DNA of 64,000 nt from Lytechinus pictus. Lineage: Eukaryota. The stretch is from assembly GCF_037042905.1 (NCBI RefSeq), contig NC_087252.1:8372001-8436000 (forward strand). Reading direction: 5' to 3'. The notes under the pieces were generated by a model. That model saw only the letters and a program-made list of their open reading frames with translations. It was not told the DNA's origin and searched no databases. Below, piece after piece: positions 40,135-49,500 of this stretch (positions are counted from its first letter, which is position 1; every line of letters begins with the position of its first letter). Position numbers and translations under genes: made by a program.

Positions 40135-40178
40135 TATCGACATTTCGACCAACGTGTTCTGTTCGTCATCAGGAATGA
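40135..40178 (-). ncRNA. Hammerhead ribozyme motif in the left Penelope pseudo-LTR (degenerate)
   Basis: CTGATGA-c-gaacag-aacacg-ttggtc-GAAA-tgtc on the minus strand. Confidence 0.65.
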
Positions 40179-40408
40179 AGATCCACTTGAAAGACATGAG
40201 CTTATAACCAAGTTGGTTATGAGGAAGTGATTAAGGTTGAGCCAATATGAAAGCAGGAACGGATAGGTAATTAAAGATGAACCAATAGGAAAGCAGGAGG
40301 ATAGTGATTGGTCAGTAGTTGATTGGTAACTAATTGGTGTTTATCCCGGATTAATCCTCTGTGGGTACTTAAGACTTCTATTGTGTGGGAGTTGAACAGA
40401 TTAGGCAT

Positions 40409-41167
40409 CTATTGATTGGTAGTCTTGTTTAGCAGTGGGTTCCAAATATTGTTGATGAGTAGGCCGCTGTCTTGTGGTACTGTGTCGTGTTGGGTGATCT
40501 CTATGGCCTCTCGTACCCGTCTGGTATGCCAGTGCTTGATTGATGTTAGTAACTTGGCGTCCTCCCATATAATCTTGTGTTGGAGTTGGTTAGCGTGTTT
40601 GGCTATCGCAGATTTCTCCCATTCCCCCTTGTTGTAGCTGTTCTGATGTTCCTTGAGTCTGGTAGTCAGATTGCGTCCAGTTTCACCGATGTATACATTT
40701 CCACAAGAGCATGCTATCCTGTATACTCCAGGGCGTGACGCTGAGGGTTTGACGTCCTTGTAAGTATAGAGGGCAGCATGTAACTTGTTGGAAGATCGGT
40801 GTCTCACTTCAATTTTGGCTGCTCGGAAGATGCGTTGAAGTTTGTGGGAAGTAGGACCTAGGTAAAGCAAGATAACCGTAGCTTTGGTGGGCTCCTTTGG
40901 ACGAGATGAGGTTGGTCTGGTCTTGATCTTGTGTGGAGGATAATCGTTTATGGTCATGAGTGTCGACTTGATGTGATCTAGTTCCCGCTGCAGGTGGTTG
41001 TCATCGCTGATAGAGTGTGCCCTCTTGACCAATGTTCTTGGAACAGACTGTAAGATAGACGGGTGGTGGAACGATTTGAAGTGAAGATACCTATCAGTAT
41101 GGGTTGGTTTGCGGTATACCTGGTGTGAGAGGTGGTTGTTGGGTTCGCGTGTAACGAGAACATCCAA
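40409..41167 (-). CDS. Open 252-aa frame in the inverted Penelope arm (RT thumb, linker, complete GIY-YIG endonuclease)
   Basis: Uninterrupted ORF containing VYRKPTHTDRYL and GVYRIACSCGNVYIGETGR...REAIEI. The + copy has TAG at the equivalent W codon (42777). No evidence of expression. Confidence 0.55.
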   Translation of the reverse strand: MDVLVTREPNNHLSHQVYRKPTHTDRYLHFKSFHHPSILQSVPRTLVKRAHSISDDNHLQRELDHIKSTLMTINDYPPHKIKTRPTSSRPKEPTKATVILLYLGPTSHKLQRIFRAAKIEVRHRSSNKLHAALYTYKDVKPSASRPGVYRIACSCGNVYIGETGRNLTTRLKEHQNSYNKGEWEKSAIAKHANQLQHKIIWEDAKLLTSIKHWHTRRVREAIEITQHDTVPQDSGLLINNIWNPLLNKTTNQ

Positions 41168-43167
41168 GAAAGGTATGGAGCTACTCTTCTAAACGCGTTT
41201 CTTAGACAGAGCGGCTGCCGACAACATTAGATTACTGGTTTCCCAGGCTCTTTCCAAAACACAACCACCTAAGCCTAATATAACCCGAGAACAACAAGCT
41301 GCCGTCAAGAAACTGAAGAATGAGAAGGAAATTCACATTTTGCCAGCTGACAAGGGGAACGCGACAGTCATCATGAGCAAGGATGAATATGACAACAAGA
41401 TCACTGACCTACTTAGTACTCCCACCTACAAGAAACTTACCAGGGACCCGACAGCAGCAACAGAGAGAAAACTGAATCAGAAGCTACTCACTCTCCACAA
41501 GGCTGAAATCCTACCACAGAAGTTGTACTTCAGTCTTAGGTCATCTTCTTCAACTTGGCCGATCTTCTTTGGCCAGCCGAAAATCCACAAGGAAGGGAAT
41601 CCACTTACAATGTAGCTCGTCATCTTGCAACTATCCTACAACCGCTGGTGGGGAAAACAAAGCATCATGTGATGAAATCCTCCCACTTCATCAGCAAGCT
41701 CAAAGAGGCCTTCCATCACTCCAAAAGACAGACTGGTCAGCTTTGATGTAGAGTCACTGTTCACCAACGTCCCAGTCCGAGAAGCATGTGACCTCATAAA
41801 GAAGAAACTCCAACAGGACTCCTCCTTAGCAGACCGCACCTCCATGTCACCCGACCAAATCCACGACCTACTACTTACGTGTCTTGAGTCCACTTCCTTC
41901 CAATGGCGAGGCAACTACTACAAGCAACAGGAGGGGGCAGCTATGGGATCACCCGTTTCACCTATAGTTGCCAACCTATACATGGAAGAATTCGAGTCGA
42001 CAGCCATTCGATCATCGCCTCTCCTACCCAAGATCTGGCTCAGATATGTAGATGATACATTCGTCATTTGGCAACATGGTAGACACAGCTTATAAGATTT
42101 TCTCCTTCTTCTCAGCTCTCAACACCTCAGAAACACCTTCACGATGGAGAAGGAGAAGAATAGCTCCATACCTTTCTTGGATGTTCTCGTTACACGGGAA
42201 CCCAACAACCACCTCTCACACCAAGTATACCGCAAACCAACCCATACTGATAGGTATCTTCACTTCAAATCGTTCCACCACCCGTCTATCTTACAGTCTG
42301 TTCCAAGAACATTGGTCAAGAGGGCACACTCTATCAGCGATGACAACCACCTGCAGCGGGAACTAGATCACATCAAGTCGACACTCGTGACCATAAACGA
42401 TTATCCTCCACACAAGATCAAGACCACACCAACCTCATCTCGTCCAAAGGAGCCCACAAAAGCTACGGTTATCTTGCCTTACCTAGGTCCTACTTCCCAC
42501 GAACTTCAACGCATCTTCCGAGCAGCCAAAATTGAAGTGAGACACCGATCTTCCAACAAGTTACATGCTGCCCTCTATACTCACAAGGACGTCAAACCCT
42601 CAGCGTCACGCCCTGGAGTATACAGGATAGCATGCTCTTGTGGAAAGGTATACATCGGTGAAACTGGACGCAATCTGACTACTAGACTCAATGAACATCA
42701 GAACAGCTACAACAAGGGGGAATGGGAGAAATCTGCTATAGCCAAACACGCTAACCAACTCCAACACAAGATTCTATAGGAGGACGCCAAGTTACTAACA
42801 TCAATCAAGCACTGGCATACCAGACGGGTACGAGAGGCCATAGAGATCACCCAACACGACACAGTACCACAAGACAGCGGCCTACTCATCAACAATATTT
42901 GGAACCCACTGCTAAACAAGACTACCAATCAATAGATGCCTAATCTGTTCAACTCCCACACAATAGAAGTCTTACGTAACCACAGAGGATTAATCCGGGA
43001 TTAACACCAATTAGTTACCAATCAACTACTGACCAATCACTATCCTCCTGCTTTCCTATTGGTTCTTCTTTAATTACCTATCCGTTCTTGCTTTCCTATT
43101 GGGTCAACCTTAATCACTTCCTCATAACCAACTTGGTTATAAGCTCATGTCTTTCAAGTGGATCTTC

Positions 43168-43210
43168 ATTCCTGCTGACGACCAGAACACGCTGATCGAA
43201 ACGTCGATAA
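43168..43210 (+). ncRNA. Hammerhead ribozyme motif in the right Penelope pseudo-LTR (degenerate)
   Basis: CTGCTGA-c-gaccag-aacacg-ctgatc-GAAA-cgtc, with an A>C change in the core. Confidence 0.6.
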
Positions 43211-43694
43211 CAGTTCTTTTCAGAGCTAACATATATTCAAGAAAGAATAACAGTCCCTTTCAGGACTACATACATGGTGTTTACCGTAAACCTTTCAATA
43301 TTCTCTCCACCATGGAAACCTTCAAAGATCCTCTTAATTATGATTTTCAGTATCTCGCTTCTAATGTACGGAATATACATATCATGTTTGTATCAAATTA
43401 AAGCTTGACATTTTGTATAAATGTAAATGGAATTTACATTAATACATAAACAAAACACATGCCAAGGTTATCTTTAGGTCATTTTAGCTCATTGAAGGTC
43501 CAATGAAGGCGGGAGTTTATCAGTTCTTAAAAAAGTGTAACATTTTTGTGTTAAAACAAATTATGGAGGGGGGGGGTGGATTCCTTTGTTTTTATTGAGT
43601 ATAGATTGGAGAAAAAATGAAACTAGTCTCACCACTTTCGAATTTCGTTTCAGAAAAACACAAATGAGTGCATGAAATGGATCTTAGAACTGAC

Positions 43695-43851
43695 GGACCC
43701 TTTTCTGAGTTAATGCTCTTCTTTAATGGCTGCATCTGAAATCCTGCCTCCACCAATCGCTGTTCTTTGGATTTTGCTTTGTACCTCTCCATTTCTTGTT
43801 TCAGTTCTTCCAAAATTTGTTCCAGTTTTATCTGGTTTTTCTCGTACTTTC
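43695..43851 (-). CDS. Candidate internal exon of an unidentified host gene (coiled-coil-like peptide)
   Basis: Acceptor gttcttgtcattttataccag|g, open frame KYEKNQIKLEQILEELKQEMERYKAKSKEQRLVEAGFQMQPLKKSINSEKG, possible donors gtccgt or gtcagt near 43698/43694. Confidence 0.45.
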
Positions 43852-44874
43852 CTGGTATAAAATGACAAGAACACAATGAGAAATAATTTGAACTACAATA
43901 CATACAACACCGTCGAGGTAAAATAGGAAATAAATTACACCCAATGGCTCAGAGATAGATCCCCTAGCTTATTGAAAAAAGTGATAGGTGTTAATACCTG
44001 CAGTGACAAATAAGACTTTCCTGACAGATGGTAGACGTAGATGCAGGGTCAGCCGAATTTTTGCCAAATTAGTGCCATGGCTACCATTAAGGAATTACAA
44101 TTATTATTTTCACTAATATCAATATTTTTTTATCATGGTATCCCTCGTAAGCTACTGGAGGATATTTCGGTCGTCACGGATATAAGTCCAGAGGGGTGTG
44201 GGCTGGTGTTAAATCAACACCGGGGTTTTTGCAGTGCATGAATTCCAGACAGTCCTTAAAATTTTCTGATCTAATTATTACAAATGTTCAGCTCGCGCTT
44301 CGCGCTTGCATCACTTGATTAGTGAAATAGTAAATTCGTACAAACAAGCCATAGAATGCCCCCCCGGGGGGGGGGGCACTCAGTATAGAATGCATAGTGG
44401 GTATGTGCCGCGGAGGGGACCCCCATTTTCACACTCAAATTTCCGTTCCGAGGCATAGCATTTTTTTCTTATTGAGACAAAAAACAAAGAAAGCCGCTCC
44501 AAGGCATAGCACTTTGTTCTTATCGAGAGAAAACAAAAAATCCGCTCCAAAGCTTCGCATATTTTTCGTTACGCCGTTCCGGTCGCATTGATCTGCTGCA
44601 ATTTTGGTGAAAAGCGGCCGCCGAGCGCTGTCCGAACATCGTCTCTGCGCTAGCGCACTCGGCGAAGGCCGCGCTAGCTGCATCATGCACGCATGCCCGT
44701 TCCATACGCACGTACTCGCACGCTGGCGATCCGTTCCAAAGACCCCCGTTTTCACAAAATTGTAGTTCCGAAGCCCGTTCCGAGGACCCTCCTTTTTGCA
44801 ATAAGCCCGCTCCAAGGCCCCCGTTTTTTATCTCGCCCGCGGCACACCCCCACCACTTTTTTGGTCGAGTGCCC

Positions 44875-47800
44875 TGTTGCACCCACAAATGTAATAACGC
44901 CCACAAATGTAATAACACTTTACCCACAAATGTAATAACGCCCACAAATGTAATAACACTTTACCCACAAATGTAATAATTTCACCCACAAATGTAATAA
45001 TGCACTTTACCCACAAATGTAATAATTTTTGATCGCCCACAAATGTAATAATGACTTTACCCACAAATGTAATAAATTTGAAGGGATTTTTGGCGAATCC
45101 GTTCTAAACTAAAATCCTGTAGTAATGCGTTCATATAGCGATGGACCTATTGTAATAGGTCCATGATATAGCACAAAAGTGCAAAGTCTTTTTTCCAGAC
45201 CCGGTTAATTAAAAAATTATAATGTAAGTCCAAAGTCTTTTTTCCAGACCCGGTTGTTTCAAAAATTATAATATAAGTCCAAAGTCTTTTTTCCAGACCC
45301 GGTTGTTTAAAAAATTATGATATAAGTCCAAAGTCTTTTTTCCTGACCCGGTTGTTTCAAAAATTATGATAAAAGTCCAAAGTCTTTTTTCCAGACCCGG
45401 TTGTTTCAAAAATTATAATATAAGTCCAAAGTCTTTTTTCCAGACCCGGTTGTTTCAAAAATTATAATATAAGTCCAAAGTCTTTTTTCCAGACCTGGTT
45501 GTTTCAAAAATTATAATGTAAGTCCAAAGTCTTTTTTCCAGACCTGGTTGTTTAAAAAATTATGATAAAAGTCCAAAGCCTTTTTTCCTGACCCGGTTGT
45601 TAAAAAAATTATGATAAAAGTCCAGTCTTTTTCCAGACCCGGTTGTTTAAAAAATTATAATATAAGTCCAAAGTCTTTTTTCCAGACCCTGTTGTTTCAA
45701 AAATTATTATATAACTTGTGGTATAAATGTCTTGTTGTGGTTTTAACTTATACAGCGCGTACCGTGAAAATATGCGCAAAGAGTAAATTGATAATCAAGT
45801 GTAGTCTTTTCTCCAGACCCAGTTACTTAAAATTAAAAACTAAAACCCTATAGTAATGCGTTCATATAGCACAAAAGTGTAAAGTCTTTTTTCCAGACCC
45901 GGTTGTTAAAAAAATTATACTATAAGTCCAAAGTCTTTTTTCCAGACCAGGTTATTTCAAAAATCATAATATAAGTCCAAACTAAGATACCATAATGATA
46001 TTCCAGTGGAATAAAAATGAAAATTGAGATTAGTCTTTTCTCTAAACCCTGTTATTCCAAAATTATAAATAACAATTCAACAACAAAAACAGTATAAAGA
46101 CTCCATAATCTTGTTAATGATGGATAACATGGACATATAGAGTAGTCTTTCAGCCAGACCCAGTTATTTTTTTTCAAAATATCGCAAATAGTAATAATAA
46201 GAAACTACAAATCTAAGACCAAGCAATCATTCAACCTAAGAACCTGTTTTAAAAAGAGGTTAAGAACGTTGTCTTTATTCCAGACCTAATCATTGAAAAT
46301 ATTACCCCAAAAAAATCTTCTAACGTAAGACCCTATCATATTCTTATTCTTGTGGAATAAGACGAGATTCAGTACTCTTTCCTCCAGACCCAGTTATCTA
46401 AAAAATGAAGTTTAAAAATACTTCAAATCTAAGACCAATTTTCAAAAATCACACCCAGAAAAAAAATGTCTTTACCCCACACCCATTTTTTTTAAAATAA
46501 TACTAAGACCCCTACAAAACATTGTAATAATGCATGGGTAAAGCAATCATCTTTTCTCAAGACTTGGTTATTATTTGAAAAAATGAAATAGATTTTACAA
46601 ATATTCTAAAACGAATACCCAATAATCTAATTACTGTGGAATAACATGAAGATCGATTGTAGAATTTCCTCCAGACACAGTTATTTCAAGAATAAAAAGC
46701 AATAAAAAACCCAACCCCAGACAACGAATCTAAGAACCATCAATCCTCCAAATTAAGACCATGTAAAAAAGCACAGGTTTAGAGCGTTGTCTTTATTCCA
46801 GACCCAGTCATTTAAAAAATGATTTAAACAATCTTAAAAACATAAAACTTTGTCATATTCTTATTCCTGTGAAATAACCCGAGTATTATGATTAGTCTTT
46901 CTTCTAGACCCGGTTATTTAAAAGATAAACAATCATTGAAAAAAATCTAGGCTTTACCCCACACCTAGTTCTCTTAAAAATACAAATTAAGCCAAACTAT
47001 AAAAATCATGTGATAACGCATACCACAAAGACGACAAATTAATCATAGGCATAAATATTCATATGATACGCGCCTTAAAATCCAAGATAACAACAACAAT
47101 GTTTTTCTACATCAATGATATTGTGGGGTCTTTACGGATACTGTTTGTTTGTTTTTATTGTTTCTTACAATTTCCTATTTTGAAATAACTTGGTCTGGAG
47201 CAAAGACTACACCATATTTCCACGCTATCCAATGTTGATAAGATTGCAGGGTCTTTGTTTTGTTGTTGTTGTTGTGTTTTTTAATGATTTTTATTACTGG
47301 GTCTTGAGAAAAGACCACGCTATATTTCCATATTATTCAACATGAATAGGATCGTGGGTCGTTGATTTTTATTATTATTATCAATTTATTATTATTATTA
47401 TTCATTTGTTATTTGAAAGATCTGGGTCTGGATGAAAGACTACGCTATATTCCCATGTTATTTAATATTAATAAGATAGTGGGGGTCTTTTTTTCTTGTT
47501 GACTCTTTAAAAAATGATTTGTAATTTTGAAATAAGTGGGTCTGGAGGAAAGACTACGCTTTATTTCCATGTTATTCAACATCATTAAGACTGTGGTGCC
47601 TTTGTTTTATCATTATTATATATCTTTTCTATGATTTGTTATTTCAAAATAACTGGGTCTTGAAAAAAGACTACTTTATATTTTCAAGTTATTCAACATC
47701 AATGAGATAGTGGGGTCTTTGTTAATAGTGTTCTTTATGATATGCAATTGTGAAATAACCGGGGCTGGAACAAAGACTACACCATATTTCGATACTAACT

Positions 47801-49354
47801 GGGCGTTGGGGCGTGTGCCTGTAATCCAAGCTATGTGGGGAAGTTACAAATTGATGCAGAGGTTCGAGGTTCGAGCCCTGGTCACGTGTTTCGGATGGTG
47901 ACGTTAAAGGTCGGTCCCAGACGTAAATAATCATATCTGATTGATACACGTCTGACAAAACTCAAATACACACACGCTATTCAATGTTGAAAAGATTGCG
48001 GGGTCTGTTTTTGGTTGTTGTTGTTGTTCTTTTGTTTTTGAATGATTTTTTTTTAACAGGGTCTGGAGGAAAGACTATGCTATATTTACATTTTGTTCAA
48101 CATTAATAAAATCGTGGGGTCTTTGTTTTTTTTTATTATTATTTATTATTTGCTATTTGAAATATTTCGGGTCTGGAGCAAAGACTACGCTAAACTTCTA
48201 TGTTATTCAACAATAAGAAGAATTAATTTTGGGATCTTTATTTGGAAGATTGTTTAAATGTTTTATATAACCGGGTCTAGAGAAAAAAGACTGTGACTTT
48301 GCACTATATGAACGCTTTACTATAGGGTTTTATTTTAGAACAGATTTGCCAAAAATCCCCTCAAATTTTGTAACATATGTGGGTAAAGTCATTATTACAT
48401 TTGTGGGCGATCAAAAATTATTACATATGTGGGTAAAGTGCATTATTACATTTGTGTGGTGAAATTATTACATTTGTGGGTAAAGGGTTTTAGTTTTTAG
48501 TTTTAAGTAACTGGGTCTGGAGAAAACACTACGTTTGATTCTCAATTTACTCTTAGCGCATATATTCACAATAAGCGCCATATAAGTTAAAACAACAACA
48601 AAGACATTAATTCCACCAGTTTTGATTAACTGGGTCTGGAGAAAAGACTAAGCTCGATTCTCATTTCCATTCTACTGGAATATCATTATCGTATCATAGT
48701 TTGGACTTATATTATAATTTTTGACATAACTGGGTCTAGAAAAAAGACTTTGGACTTATATTATAATTTTTGAAACAACCGGGTCTGGAAAAAAGACTTT
48801 GGACTTATATTACAATTTTTTTAACAACCGGGTCGAATATTAGAATTTGTTAAACAACCGGGTCTGGAAAAAAGACTTTGGACGTATATTATAATTTTTT
48901 AAACAACCGGATCTGGAAAAAAGACTTTGGACTTATATTATAATTTTTGAATCAACCGGGTCTGGAAAAAAGACTTTGGACTTATATTATAATTTTTGAA
49001 ACAACCGGGTCTGGAAAAAAGACTTTGCATTTTTTGTGCTATATCATGGACCTATTACAATAGGTCAATCGCTATATTAACGCATTACTACAGGATTTTA
49101 GTTTAGAACGGATTCGCCAAAAATCCCTTCAAATTTATTACATTTGTGGGTAAAGTCATTATTACATTTGTGGGCAATCAAAAATTATTACATTTGTGGG
49201 TAAAGTGCATTATTACATTTGTGGGCGAAATTATTACATTTGTGGGTAAAGTGTTATTACATTTGTGGGCGTTATTACATTTGTGGGTAAAGTGTTATTA
49301 CATTTGTGGGCGTTATTACATTTGTGGGCGATTATTACATTTGTGGGTGTAACA
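44875..49354. mobile_element. 4.48-kb non-coding foldback transposon with modular tandem-repeat arms, TGT..ACA ends and 5-bp TSD
   Basis: Termini tgttgcacccacaaatgtaata / tattacatttgtgggtgtaaca. TSD tgccc at 44870-44874 and 49355-49359. Outer ~20-bp repeats and inner 49-bp repeats run in opposite orientation in the two halves. Confidence 0.93.
47791..47972 (+). mobile_element. SINE-like insertion with a 7SL (Alu-domain)-like head
   Basis: Interrupts the host unit catatttc|cacgctat (intact at ~47213-47228). Head actgggcgttggggcgtgtgcctgtaatccaagcta, B box ggttcgagccc, core ttcggatggtgacgttaaaggtcggtccc, 3' stem-loop, (CA)n tail. Confidence 0.8.
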
Positions 49355-49500
49355 TGCCCCCCCCCCCCCCCCGGGAGAATGCCCCTCTTCTGGACTGAAT
49401 TTAAAAAAATTGTCAGCTCGCGCTTCTGGGCCGCAATATTTTATTAGTGAAATACGTATCATGTTCATGATTACAATGACCACAAAAAGTGCTTCATGTG

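Larger units (their letters stand above)
40038..43329 (+). mobile_element. Penelope-like retroelement, 5'-truncated, with inverted pseudo-LTR arm and 13-bp TSD
   Basis: RT motifs (ADKGN, SFDVESLFTNVP, GAAMGSPVSP, RYVDDTF) and GIY-YIG (GVYRIACSCGKVYIGETGR) on + from 41191. Arm 40038-41190 is the reverse complement of ~42154-43298. TSD cctcttaattatg at 40025-40037 and 43330-43342. Confidence 0.96.
44363..49375. mobile_element. CCCGGG-terminal MITE (~530 bp) split by the foldback element
   Basis: cccggg(g)ncactc ... gagtg(c)nggg. TSD agaatgcc(cc) on both sides (8-10 bp, ambiguous because of the C run). The empty site tagaatgcccctcttc is at 37441 in copy A. Confidence 0.9.

Noticed and set aside
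44520..45064. ORFs with LLHLWV / ITFVG repeats (also 49146-49447)
   Set aside because: Translations of the foldback terminal subrepeats.
45180..45990. Regular 49-bp repeats resembling a CRISPR array
   Set aside because: Units are head-to-tail with no unique spacers, there are no cas genes, and the context is eukaryotic. They are the foldback arm.
47798..47845. Human Alu contamination
   Set aside because: Similarity stops after ~45 nt, there is no Alu body or poly-A tail, and the insert sits precisely inside a native repeat unit.
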